A DNA stretch of 62,684 bases, filler included, from Asterionella formosa (GCA_002256025.1; 14 parts of 14 records of this genome joined end to end with filler, not necessarily neighbours in it); one strand, 5' to 3'; positions 48,835 through 61,308 are shown, counted from the whole stretch's first letter. Translations and numbers: made by a program. The notes: generated by a model from the sequence alone, not told the origin.

Positions 48835-49336
48835 GATTCATGCAAATGTGTGTTTTTAATATAATATTTAGTTTCCCGGTAATAATATTTTATGTTGTTG
48901 CTTGATATCAAGACCATCATTATATTCCGGAGGGATATACACATGATCTTCGCCAGCCAGTTGCCATTGAAGATCCATGTTACTCCATGATACAATGTGA
49001 TCACAAATTAGTGATACAGTGACACTTTTTGAATGAATGAAATTCAGTTCAAATCGAGTTACCGTTGCTGATACATTTTCAAAAAAATTCAAATTCTGTG
49101 ATACACGAAAAAAAATGATAAGAACGGCCCTAATTTTCTCATGTCATAGCACACATGTTGAAGTGGCGGGTTCAATTCCTGCATTCTCCACCTGTCTTTT
49201 TCATGTAGTCCCTAGGGTTCTGGGGGTGCGTGCGGCTGACGAAAAGACAGGTCCCGTTGTACTGTACGGATGAATGAAACCTAATTGTGTCCATTTATTC
49301 ATTTATTTGGGCACGAGTGCAATTATTGGATAGCTC
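48018..49336 (-). mobile_element. PIF/Harbinger element, 5' part with probable terminus
   Basis: Minus strand reads TTA then GAGCTATCCAAT from 49336: a GAGC..CCAA PIF/Tourist-like end after a TWA target. The other end is not in the contig. Confidence 0.6.
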
Positions 49337-50973
49337 TAACATACAATAAGACTTGATTGATAATTTCATGAATCTTCGTATGTCGTCATATTTGANNNNN
49401 NNNNNNNNNNNNNNNNNNNNNNNNNNNNNNNNNNNNNNNTTAATTAATTAANNNNNNNNNNNNNNNNNNNNNNNNNNNNNNNNNNNNNNNNNNNNCATAG
49501 TGATGTGGCTGGAAGATTACCTTCTTCATGATATCTCTGAGAGTCAATAACAGTGGCTTGATGCCATGATATTACTCAATAAAACATTTCAACATGTTTA
49601 TAATCGACTTCGACTTTGCTGCTTGTCTCAAGACCTTAAAGATGCTCCCAAAACTCATGATAACTCATCCAGAAGATCAAGAGGTTTCCGCCAAGGAAGA
49701 TTTGAGGTTGATTGTCATTTTGCTTGATCGACAATGCGTGGCAACAAGTGTTTGAATGGAACAATGAAAAGAACACAAAATAATTGATTTGCTTGGTTTT
49801 GCTTTACTTCGAGAGTCAACAATCATTAAAAGATCAACTCAAGCACATCCTCAAGCATGAGTTCTACCATAAGCCGAAATCGACTTCGCATCGCTTGTTG
49901 AAGGCAATCGTGTTATGTCGAGAGAACGCGCGTGCCTGGTGTCAATTTTAACAAAAGATCGTCTTCGCATTGCTAAATGCAGTCCTGTGATGTATCAAGA
50001 ATACAAACTCCATTTCAAGCGTAAATTTGTACATGATAATTTTGTACTCAGTGGAAATGGCAGGGCACATGCATTTTAATGCAACCGACCACGCATGGGA
50101 TATGAAACAACAACAAAAAACTTAACCGACCATGCATGGGATATGAAACAACGGTCAAACATAAGGTTCATGGAGTTAACATTACTAACACTACTAACCT
50201 TGTTCCTGTTCGGAATCCTGTGCCTGTTCCACATGCTCGTATGTTAAATACATGGAGTCATAATACTCGTCCATCCGGTTGGGGTACCGTGCCACGTACC
50301 GATCCTACCGAGAATACATCTGCCCAGGAAATTGCAGTGGTCACGAACCCTCCTGCTGGCCAGATAGTGACTTTTGTCCCTACTATACAACAGCAGATTG
50401 CTGATCGCCATTACAGAGGTATGTGCGATAATAGCGATGCTATTTATAATGACTCGTTGAGTATATCTCACGTTAGTCATCACCTGAATAATATTGTTTA
50501 TTTACAGGTTGAATACACTATGGATACCGCGGTTAATGTTATGCGGGATATATATAACTGTATTGATGGACATGATGTTCCATATACATATCAGGGCCCA
50601 ATTCCGGTTTCCTGTTTTACTTCTAAGGATATATTAACATCAATTGTTTCAGAATCCTCGTACTCAAGGTGGTCAAGCAGGTCACATGACTGGTTGTCAT
50701 TATGGATATGGCCGTTCCAGTTTTAGTAGACGAGGACATTTTAGTGGTCATGAACCCTCCTGTTGGTCAGTTAGTGGCCGATGTGCCTAATAAAAAACCA
50801 GCAGAATGCTGAACATATCGCCTTAACAGAATTATGTGCGACAATAGCAACAATGCTATGATTTTAATAATANNNNNNNNNNNNNNNNNNNNNNNNNNNN
50901 NNNNNNNNNNNNNNNNTTAATTAATTAANNNNNNNNNNNNNNNNNNNNNNNNNNNNNNNNNNNNNNNNNNNNC

Positions 50974-52349
50974 ATGAAAAATTCTGTTCTGGATCTAGGT
51001 GGAATTTTCTGTGATCCCAATAATGAATTTGCTGCCAAAATATTCCAGACGCTTTTGTCAGTTCTCGAGGCCCTACCATGGCAGACAGATACATCCTCAC
51101 CCAGAAACTCAAGCTATACGCTTGTCTGAGATCTCTTATTAGCCATGCCTACAAACGCCGGCGTTTCAAGCATTATGCGGTCAAGTGCAGGTGTTAGTGA
51201 TCATTCGATGTTGGTTGACTCAACAAATATTTGGGCATCATTGTTCAACCACTGCAATTTCCAGAAATCAGTTTATATCATGCAAGCAACTGAGTCATTT
51301 TTGCAGCCAGCCCCTGTGGTTTTATCCATTTTACCCTCAAACAAAATTGGCAAGTTCGAGAAAGTGATGAAATTGGACTCCACAGCGTTTAGAAGGGGGT
51401 TCATAGATTCGGGTGGATTTACATCCGTAATCGAATTCTTTTCCGGTACAGGTGCAACAATTAGTGTGGACCAAACGCGTTGTCGAATGGCCAACGCAGC
51501 GGCCCTTCGGATTCTAATATGTTATCTTTTTGGAAACACAGGGTCGACTTCACTTCCTCTTGAGAAGACAAGTGATTTTGATTTAGATGAGGTGGGTGTC
51601 AAACTTTTAGAATCACTATCTAGTGCTGAAGGTCTCTTGCGCAATCTTACTGCCATGGTTGTTTTTGACGAGGGAATTTCGACTTCAACAATTTCAGACT
51701 TCTTGAAGTTTCTCTGTTTCTTATTTTGGTCAACAAAAACGTCTAAAACGTTCATAGGTTTGCCTAATCGAATGGCTGAAAATTTTGTTATAACGCTTGT
51801 GCTGTGGGAAGGTGGTCCGGAGAGTGCTCGATCCAGCTCTGCAATGAGCACGACGTCGAAGATTAGGATGAAAACACATGATTTCGTTCTTTCTATTCCG
51901 TTGCTTGCCAAACATGCCCTGCCGTGGTTGATAAATGCTTTGGACTCCGTTGATGTGGCATCGGATACCACTTCTAAATATTTTGATGTTTTGAAAAAAA
52001 TTGTTCCCAACAATGAAACGAACCGGTCTGTGATTAAGGCTCTTATCTCTAAAAATTACGAGAATTTGAAGAAGTATATTATCAATGAGCTTCATAGTGG
52101 GAATGCAGATTTTGAAAGATATGTCGACCAATTGAAAGAAAATGATCCAAGTTTGAATGTTGCCAAGGCCATTGCAGAGGCCCTTAAGGTCAATACTGTC
52201 TTGACTACACTTCATCTCTGCAATAATTCTATTGGTGATGACGGAACCAAGGCCATTGCAGAGGCTCTCAAGGTCAATACTGTCTTGACTGAACTTCATC
52301 TCGATAATAATTCAATTAGTGTTGATGGAGCCAAGGCCATTGCAGAGGC
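50974..52349 (+). pseudogene. Chimeric reading frame: USP9/24/34-like helical segment fused to 28-aa RNI-like leucine-rich repeats; one in-frame TGA
   Basis: Frame is open from 50974 except TGA at 51127 (V*DLLLAMPTN, probably W). SVYIMQATESFL, FIDSGGF, SKYFDVLKKIV; then KAIAEALKVNTVLTTLHLCNNSIGDDGT repeated as 84-bp units from about 52162 to the contig end. LRR call strong, USP call tentative. Confidence 0.6.
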
Positions 52350-52449
52350 NNNNNNNNNNNNNNNNNNNNNNNNNNNNNNNNNNNNNNNNNNNNTTAATTA
52401 ATTAANNNNNNNNNNNNNNNNNNNNNNNNNNNNNNNNNNNNNNNNNNNN

Positions 52450-53175
52450 CAGGTGTAATGCTATTTGAATGAAAGGATCGATCTGGTATCTCCGTGATAG
52501 TTGCTTGATGTGTTTCAAATTTTCCACTGACATACCCCTCCTTTGTGACTGTCAACTTGTCGTTGTCATTCGCCACGATAATTCCTTGTTCCGTCGTAGT
52601 GGTGTGTGTGTTTTTATATTGTGCATCAAAGATAGTTTGTTCCATTTCACCTCCATCACTATTCCGATATCTCCTACTTCTTTGCTGATTCAATTTGGCT
52701 CGTGGTGCCACTCCGTCAATGGCCATATACACCAAGGTGGTGGGCTGCGCAATTTCTCCAACGATCCGTTCCAAGTAGAAACAGACATTTCTGAATATTT
52801 CTTCTTGTGTTAGAATCGAATTTCCCAGGTCATCCATATTGTTGTGAGAGCATCCATGTAGAATTCCATTCATATCAATGTACAGCCGATCAATGGGAGG
52901 AGGAAGACCGCACGTGGACAGTGGATCGGGTGGATCCAATGGCGGTGGTGTGTCGCGTTGATAGTATTCTCGAGACAATTCATTGGAGGCTTCCAGTGTC
53001 ATGCGTTGATTGATTTTGGGGTACCTCTCCGAAAGCCATCGGAAGAATCTGCGAGTGTGTGTGTGTGGGTTTAGTGGGTGTTCTGAGTGAAGAAACAGCA
53101 GGGAAATGGACTGTGTGCTTGATGCATACACAAGCGATTGAATATACAGTAGTGGACTTACTTGGGGACTCCCAT
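52450..53175 (-). CDS. XRN1: 5'-3' exoribonuclease XRN1-like, N-terminal part (exon 53175-53162, intron 53161-53049)
   Basis: MGVPK/FFRWLSERYPKI, IDRLYIDMNGILHGCSH, MAIDGVAPRAKLNQQRSRRYR, FHSNSITP; GTAAGT donor and CGCAG acceptor. Confidence 0.9.
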
Positions 53176-54038
53176 TCTCCAATAAGTTTCTCTAATGTGC
53201 TGGGGCAGGGAAGAAGTTTTAGTTTGGGTCAGTGACTCAGTCGACGATGAGTTGAATGGTTGCGTGTAATAACAGGTGGGGAGTTTTTGTGCAATAATAA
53301 GAGGCCAACACTTGACTATGGTAGACTTCCGCTCACTTAAATGATAAACATGGAAGTGAATGGAATCGGTGATGGATTCTCACAGGGCAAAGTCATTACA
53401 ATACATGCGTGCAGACGACAATCATACACTTCTCTCCTATCAGTACCCTTGTAATAAGGGGAACTGGTACAATACCACTCCTGTCGATTATTAATACCAG
53501 TACAGTATTCTGGTACAGCTACTGGTATATTCAATCCAAATTGACAACATTATTGGTTGGCTCTCGTATGTTTGGGTGAGATAGACAGGCTGCCAGTAGG
53601 AAGTGTACTACTGGTTTATCAATGGTGTACGCACTGTATTACCGGTTAATACCCCCATTTGCATAAACGTGTGGTACCAGGTACTGGTACCTGGTACCAG
53701 GTACCAGGGTACCGGGTACCAGGGTGATAAAATATATGGAATCCAATGAGTCGAGACTCAATATTCTTAGTAGTGATTAGAAACCAAGACCCAAAACATG
53801 CGACACTTATTGACAAATGACTGGAGNNNNNNNNNNNNNNNNNNNNNNNNNNNNNNNNNNNNNNNNNNNNTTAATTAATTAANNNNNNNNNNNNNNNNNN
53901 NNNNNNNNNNNNNNNNNNNNNNNNNNCACCAGCGTCCGGTTATTTGCAAATGGCTGTACTTGATTAAAAACGAATAACCATTTTGTTAGTAACTATTTAT
54001 GAGTAAATAAAAATTCTTACTTCCATCTTTCCCCATAG

Positions 54039-54227
54039 GAATCAAGCAAAAACGAAACTAGTCCTGACGAGGAATACTGTGTCGTCGATCCGGAAAGTGG
54101 GGAACTCATTCGTCTCACAGTAGCCGAAAAGGAGCGTATCTTTCTGGACGTGCTTCAGTCCTACGATGCCGCTGGAAGGCAAATGCTCAAGGATGAAGGA
54201 AGATTTGCAATGGAAGAACGGATCTGA
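54039..54227 (+). pseudogene. PGRL1: PGRL1 exon fragment, second copy with a frameshifting deletion
   Basis: After an acceptor-like CTTTCCCCATAG: ESSKNETSPDEEYCVVDPESGELIRLTVAEKERIFLDVLQSYDAAGRQMLKDE; lacks CGAGTTTGACCTATTGA present in copy 1. Confidence 0.75.
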
Positions 54228-55160
54228 GCATATACCGGTATATAGCTAAAACAAGGAAAGACGACACAACAATGAACGTGATGGCTTGTTGTTGAGATAC
54301 CACAATTAACATACTTTATGATTGCTTGATTTATATTCTATGATGTCTTGGTAACACTTGCGTACATATTTTATCGTATTTTATTGTCATGGTACTATTT
54401 TTACATGATCATATTTTGATCAAAATTATATCATAAACATTGTATAAAATCATCATAGTTCTATGATCGATGTATCATAGCTATGTGATGTGCTTTATTC
54501 AATATTACGTATCATACTTTGGTGATGTATGCATCGATGTAACCCTATCATGATATCACATTATCATCTTATCAATCATGATGAGATGATTGGGAAGAAA
54601 CTGTATTATGCATCATGCTATGGGGTAAATTATTATATCACGTAATTTAGTAGCTAACAAGTCACTCCGCCTGTAATGTACAAAAGTCGACAGTGCACAT
54701 ACCAGTACTCACACGCTAATCAGGTTTGAGGAAACGGACAGTGGTTCCAACGAGCGAATAATGATACCACGGGTACCAATTTTTCCAATGAAAGAACTTG
54801 TCTCTCTATTGATGAGGATGACATCTATTGATGAGGATGACACGGACACCGACTTTTCCTGGAGCAAACAACAATGAAGAGACCCACTTCGTCTGCGTCG
54901 CTCTATTGATGGTAACAAAGATGCGGACAAGTTCAACAGTGAATACAAGAACAACATACCATTGAAAACCAGTCGACAGTGTGTGCACGCACACGGCAAG
55001 CAAGTTTGAGGCAACGGACAATTTCAACAAGCAAATGACGATACAGATATCAAATTCTTCCTACGAGCAAACAACAGTGAAAAGAGCCACTTGCTTTCGC
55101 TCTCTTGATGGTATCAAAGATGCGGACAAGTTCAATAGTTATTTCAAGTACAGTATGCCA
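54125..55160 (+). repeat. Dispersed repeat copy 2 (paralogous to 22556-23741)
   Basis: Colinear similarity including the internal duplicated unit CGCTCT(A/C)TTGATGGTA(A/T)CAAAGATGCGGACAAGTTCAA. Confidence 0.92.
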
Positions 55161-55780
55161 AATGCAGAAACGAGCGAGCGATATGAAAATGAAATGCGTT
55201 CTAATCAGAATCATTCTATAACTATAGCTATGTGGACAGTAGTCTGTTACGCACATTTTCGTATCTCCTTCTATGCTGAATCTCAATAGTAGATGTAGTA
55301 TCANNNNNNNNNNNNNNNNNNNNNNNNNNNNNNNNNNNNNNNNNNNNTTAATTAATTAANNNNNNNNNNNNNNNNNNNNNNNNNNNNNNNNNNNNNNNNN
55401 NNNGCAGCACAACAAGGAAGTGCTAAGACTGCAGGAGAAGCATCTGAAGAGGATGACTCAATGGCATCGTCGTTTGCTACAAGCACCAGTGTACAGACGG
55501 GAAAAAATAAAACACACGAAGGTGCTGCAAATAGTAGGAGTATTGAAGGAGCACCAGCGAAGAAGATCAAGCACAATACAACGCCAGAAATAGTGATAAC
55601 AGCACCGCGTCCGATTTGATGCTGGGCACAGTCGCGTGTTTATTTACAATGGCAGCAGGGACGAAGACAGTGTTGAAGATGGAGAAGAAGAGAATGCTGC
55701 TTCTTGTAGTTAGAACTACCGGTAGCTATAGAAGGACTACGTTCTTTTATAGCTGCTGGGATTACTACTGTTCTTGTTGT

Positions 55781-56780
55781 CTAATTGTTTTCGATTGCAG
55801 GAGGTGCCGTAGTAGGGAACCATGTGTATCGCCCATGACGCCATGCATTAAACACTATATCGTGCGACATGCCATTCATTGCATTCAGAGTCCACTGAAC
55901 AATGTGCCCCCGTGTGGGCGGTGTCGTTGTTCCTGTGAGTATACCCTCATTAATCATCCACTCCTCCCACTGTCGTCGGATGCGGTCCTTAAAAGGCTTG
56001 TTAACCCCGATATCAACTGGTTGACAAAGGGGTGTGCAGCCGCCTGGGATATGTTCTACTTCAACACCCAAGTCTTGGATTGTTGTAATGACAGATGCCA
56101 TCATGTGGCAGCGGTAAGAATCCAGGAACAGGATTGGGACAATACCCTCTGGAGCCATCGCAATGTATGGTTCAAGAACCTTGGAAATCCACATCAACAT
56201 TACTCTTTCATCCATCCACGCATTGTCCTGACATGCATAGATCACATCTCTGGTATAGCCTGGGAATTCATTCTTTACAATCCGGCCATTTGGAGCTCCT
56301 TTGAATACCAGTAGTGGTTTAAGTACCTTACCAGATGCTGTCACCGTCATCGCAAATGTTGCGCGCTTTGTGTCGTTTGTTGATTTCCGAACGTGTACCG
56401 TACGACGACCAACTACCTCCAATGTTTTCTTCGCATTGTATGTAAACGGGATTGGTGTTTGATCCATGTTCAAGATATAATCTGGATGTCTGGTAGCTTG
56501 ATCAAGAACTTTGGGTCGCGCAACTGTAGTCATAAAATCCATAGCATCTGCGGCAGTTTCCGCGGGGGAGCGTTGAGATTCGTGAGTTCCAAGTCTATGC
56601 ACAAGACTGTGGGATCGAACAAACCTCCGTGCAGCACTGGACTTTGCAGTTCTAGATTTCTGACTGAATGCTGGACTGAGCTGTGATGCTCTCGACGCAA
56701 CCATTGAGATTGAAACTGGCATTCCCTGTTCACGTAATTCGAATATGAAGCGTAGGAGCTCATCTTGCATTGGCTGAAGT
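55781..56780 (-). CDS. pogo-family transposase (HTH_Tnp_Tc5 + DDE_1), DD35D, 5'-truncated at contig end
   Basis: ELREQGMPVS..ARRFVRSHSL, NMDQTPIPF, KPLLVFKG, AWMDE, LFLDSYRCH, IPGGCTPLCQPVDIGVNKPFK; 35 residues between the second and third D; no stops in the visible part. Confidence 0.93.
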
Positions 56781-57402
56781 NNNNNNNNNNNNNNNNNNNN
56801 NNNNNNNNNNNNNNNNNNNNNNNNTTAATTAATTAANNNNNNNNNNNNNNNNNNNNNNNNNNNNNNNNNNNNNNNNNNNNTGGATCCTAAGGATAGAAGC
56901 CAAGTGTATGGATACTATATGCACATGTGGAAGTTGTTCTATTTATGCTATGCCATACTACCGTTGGCAAGGTAGTTATACGAACAGAATAGATGCTCAA
57001 TATAAACACCCAAGAAAAGTGGCATCAAAAAAGAAGAAATCCCTGCAAATAGTAACTTGACTAAACCGTAATATGGAGAGTGCTGTCTCGCCTGTTGTAC
57101 GACCCGCGAATCCATCAAAGTAGCACGTGTCCATTACGTAAGAACAATAGAGTAGACGTATGGACTATCGAATCGTTATTATATGTTAAGCGTGATTTTT
57201 AGTGTTCGTCTATGCAGAACGCGGTCCCACCAAGTACTATCATTCTAAAGAGAAACATTTTCTTTGTATCATCACTGAGATTACCGAGAAACACAATAAA
57301 TGAGTGAATCGCGGATCATGATCCACTTTGATCATCATGAAAGCATTCCGATACTACAACCAGACAGCGAACTCAATCCTTTTTTGTGTTTGGTTGTCTT
57401 GT

Positions 57403-58256
57403 CTACTGACGAAAGGCGGAAATCCCTGCTCCCGCCGCAAGCAGCGATTTCTTAGCAAACCGATATTTCAGCGCCAATGAAAATGCACCTGTCACGTCCT
57501 TTTTAGAGTCATGTAGCAATAGGTCTAAATCTTCTGACATGCTTGTTGGATAGCCATGCAATAACAAACCCGCGCAAGTATCTTTCATTCCTTGATCTGC
57601 ATGACCATGATAGGAACAATCCATCCATCGAAGCGTCCTACTACTACTACTACTACTCCTGGTGCTGCTACTACCGGTAGTATTGCACTGATGTTGGTGT
57701 TGATCCACATCCACATCCACATTGACACTGACACTGTCACTCCAACATCGATCTGGTACAAATCCATAATGCAATAGGAAATCTTCAACAGTACGTGGAC
57801 CGTAATCCAATGTGACAGGCTGTCCAGCGTCGATCCCACCGATACCAGCAAAGAGATAGACAGCTTCATGATCCACCTTGAACTCTCCACCCCCAGCTTC
57901 AAGGGGCACATGATTGGCAATATCAATCAACGGCACTAACATTCGTTGACAAGACGAAGGTTGATTTCTCCCCCTTACTAGGGTTCTGGAACATACCAAG
58001 TCCAGCATTGTGAAAAAGGTATCTGTTGATTCCTTTTCAAGACAATGTCGACGACATTGTTCTTGACGCCAACAATTATTACGTTCCACCTCTGAAATAA
58101 AAGTATTATTTTGAAGCTGTGTCAATTCGTCTTCACTCCATCTACATGGAGTAAAGGGCGCCACGTTCGGTAATCCCTCCTTTAGGTAAGGAGCATATTT
58201 AGAGGCAAGTCCCAATTTTTGTTCCTTCAACAACTTGGCCGCCAAGAGTCCAGCCC
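57403..58256 (-). CDS. SET-domain protein-lysine methyltransferase (Rubisco LSMT/SETD3-like), 5'-truncated
   Basis: SKYAPYLKEGLP..WSEDELTQLQ, LVCSRT, LVPLIDIANH, TLDYGPRT..LLHYGFV, YPTSMSEDLDLL..ALKYRFAKKSLL. Confidence 0.88.
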
Positions 58257-58659
58257 NNNNNNNNNNNNNNNNNNNNNNNNNNNNNNNNNNNNNNNNNNNN
58301 TTAATTAATTAANNNNNNNNNNNNNNNNNNNNNNNNNNNNNNNNNNNNNNNNNNNNATGAAGATGGATGTTTGCTGTGGGAGCGATGTGGAACTCTTTGA
58401 TTGAACAATCTATTTTGAACCACGGCTTCAATCGTGATGTGAGGACTGACCTGTCTGTTGTCGTTTGTTCAAGGAAGGAATACGAGCACATTTAGTCTAC
58501 CGGGTATACGTAGCTGTCAATCAATGTGTTCTTACATACATAGAAGAAGAGGCGGCAGTCGCTCAAAAAATGGCAGTTTGAATTTTAGCTTTAGCCTTAG
58601 CCTTATTAGTTGTTGTTACTGGTGTGTGGTGGCTTGGCAAAAACGCAATCAATATGGTA

Positions 58660-59732
58660 CCACTTAAAAACTGTAAGCCACCGCTACGGCGACTTTTGAA
58701 CTGTAAGCCACCGCTAAACGGAGTAAACGCACGGTTTGAACTTAGTTTACAAGATACGCTATTTATTGTCACGAACGAGTTGTTCAGATTTATATAGCGA
58801 GTAAATACTTCCGTACTTGTATTGTTGCATTGTGTACATTGTTAATTAGGTATTATCGCCCAAAGGTTGCTGTCGACGTGAAATTGCGAAAATTGGATAT
58901 TTTCACGTTTACTCGATTGAGCAAGCATCACCTTTTATATACGTATTCAGGTATGAGAATATTCCTCCTCTAGAAAACTAATTTAGTATCCTCTAAAATT
59001 TATTTAATATGACTACGACGGCATTGCGCTTTCGCTCGTGCGCCATAATAAAGAGATAATTTCATTAATGGAAAACGTCAAATAGGAATTCCTGGTGCGC
59101 CCGAATTATGAGTACAAAAATTAAATGCAAACATACAACAATCACCCATCACCCATCACCCATCACAACACCAACACCATGACCTCGAAAGCGCCTCGAC
59201 AAGGCAATGCCTTGCCTCGAAAGAAATTGTCTCCTGAAGAGTTGGTCAGTGTTCAGTTTTGTCTTAACAATGTGATTAGGGAGCTATAAGCTAAGAAGGC
59301 TAAGAATGGTGGAAAAATGCCTTATGGTGCTATTTCTAGGACAGTATCAGCTAAGCAATGCATTTTCCCTTGGATATCTGTTAACCAAGTGAAGAATGAA
59401 CTAAAACAAAGTGCTAAACTAGAAGTTAAGTCTAGTACTACTAGTATGTATACTACTTCTGGTTCGTCCCTCTTTCAGCCATCAACTGCAACCATGGTGT
59501 CTACATTGACACCTGACCATTGTGGCCCTACTAAACCCCAACTCTTGAATGCTGATGGCAGCTTTGCCTTGTTATTTCCCAGTAATCTCATTCATAATTC
59601 ATATAAAATTGTCGAGGAGGAAGAAGATGACAACAATGAAGGTGTGAGTGAGCATTATGATAGTCAGTTTACAATGATGGGCACTTTGGCATATGAAACT
59701 GGAAACAATGGTGTGCTTACCTGGGGAAGTTT
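58660..59732 (+). mobile_element. 5' end of a TA-flanked TIR transposon related to the 44550 MITE, with a decayed ORF N-terminus
   Basis: TA then CCACTTAAAAACTGTAAGCCACCG, second AACTGTAAGCCACCG near 58699. Blocks CCCAAAGGTTGCTGTCGACG and GCATCACCTTTT match the MITE in reverse. ORF from 59179 MTSKAPR..REL*AKKAKNGGKMPYGAISR..FPWISVNQVK. Confidence 0.75.
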
Positions 59733-59832
59733 NNNNNNNNNNNNNNNNNNNNNNNNNNNNNNNNNNNNNNNNNNNNTTAATTAATTAANNNNNNNNNNNN
59801 NNNNNNNNNNNNNNNNNNNNNNNNNNNNNNNN

Positions 59833-60040
59833 TCGGGCTTGTTAACTCGATCTGCACCAATATGATCCATTGACTCCAATGCAGAAAAAATCTTCATGCA
59901 ACTCAGTGGACTGAGACCAAAGAATGAACGAAATCGTCGAAGATTCGTTGCATCGCAAGATCTTTCATTCCTATGATCATCATATCCTGCATGAAGAAGG
60001 CCCAGATCAAGAAAATCGGAAGCAGAGAGAGAGGGAGCAT
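59833..60040 (-). pseudogene. N-terminus of a probable second PIF/Harbinger-superfamily (ISL2EU-like) transposase
   Basis: MLPLS(CT slip)ASDFLDLGLLHAGYDDHRNERSCDATNLRRFRSFFGLSPLSCMKIF..RVNKP; the TN..RFRSFFG..P pattern resembles N-termini of diatom DDE_Tnp_4 proteins as I recall them. Confidence 0.5.
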
Positions 60041-60389
60041 AGTGTGTTGGAAGGAAAGGACAGGCAATTTTGTTTCGTTCAAATTGTTCATGGAATCATT
60101 GATGCATTATGGGTTTGTTTGAAAATATATTTTGTTTGACTATCATATCACTGTTACCTGTCTTGTGTCTGCGGGTATAATCATTCAGAGATACAAATCA
60201 TTTTTTGTTGTATCTTCAGAAAAAATGAATCTTTATAGAGCTACATTTCACAAATATATCTCTGTAACGGCAAAACATTTAGCCATTTTCTATATGTCTC
60301 TGCAAACATGTGCATCAGACTCAGGAAAAATATTCGCAATGTGCGCTTCAATTATTACATTTCTGAAAATTATCATTACTGTAACGACA

Positions 60390-61208
60390 ATGAAAAATCG
60401 ACCGGATGAACCTGACAGTTGGGATGTCATTGACAATCTTGATATAGAAGTGGAACAACAGAGCATTCTCATTTTTGGAGTCCTATGAACGAAACTGGAA
60501 GACAGTGCGAATTCCAAAATGGGAGTATCAACGAATTGACTGGAATGAGCATGTCACAAAGCTTCTTCATGAGAATAGATTTCATCGTGAATATCACATG
60601 TCTCTTGAAGCTTTAAATAAACTACTGGAACTCCTTCGACCTTCTGTCACAGTTAATGTTGTTAAATAAAATGCAAGTTCCGGTTTATACAGCTCAAATC
60701 AGCATTTTTATCCTGAGTTGATCCTTGCCATCGGACTTCGCTGGCTTGCAGGCAGAAACCTCATAGACATTTGTCATGTCTATGGAATTTCTTATCCTTC
60801 TGTTTATGCAATCATCACTAAAACATTCCTGGCTTGATGCGGTGAACTCCTACACAGCACTATAAACAAAATTCCCTACAACAAACAAGGAGAAACAAAC
60901 AGTGATGAATAGATTCCTTGAAAAAAGCGAGCAGCAAATATTTCGTGGATGCATTTGTGCCATAGATGGATTTTTACAGCCTTTTTCTAAACCAAGAAAA
61001 ATGGATTGTGATGGCTTCCCTCAAGCATATTGGTCTGGGCATTATATGTCATATGGATTGAATGTTAAGGCTGTTCAATTGTTGTATCCTATACTTTGGT
61101 GTCGTGGCACCAGGAAAATGTCCAGATCAGAAGGCATTTGAAAGAACAAAACTTTTTCAGATTGTATCCAACCTTATTCCAGGGCAATACATAGTAGGTG
61201 ATGCTGCT
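60390..61208 (+). pseudogene. PIF/Harbinger transposase pseudogene, related to 48018-48834
   Basis: RIDWNEHVTKLLHENRFHREYHMSLEALNKL, PELILAIGLRWLAG, FRGCICAIDGFL, YWSGHYMSYGLNVKAV, FGVVAPGKCPDQKAFERT, YIVGDAA; several stops and frameshifts. Confidence 0.9.
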
Positions 61209-61308
61209 NNNNNNNNNNNNNNNNNNNNNNNNNNNNNNNNNNNNNNNNNNNNTTAATTAATTAANNNNNNNNNNNNNNNNNNNNNNNNNNNNNNNNNNNN
61301 NNNNNNNN

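Noticed and set aside
50136..50726. 196-aa ORF with partial internal repeats
   Set aside because: No family motif and it overlaps locally duplicated sequence; coding status unsupported.
52162..52349. 84-bp DNA repeats as a non-coding array
   Set aside because: They encode 28-aa leucine-rich repeats in frame.
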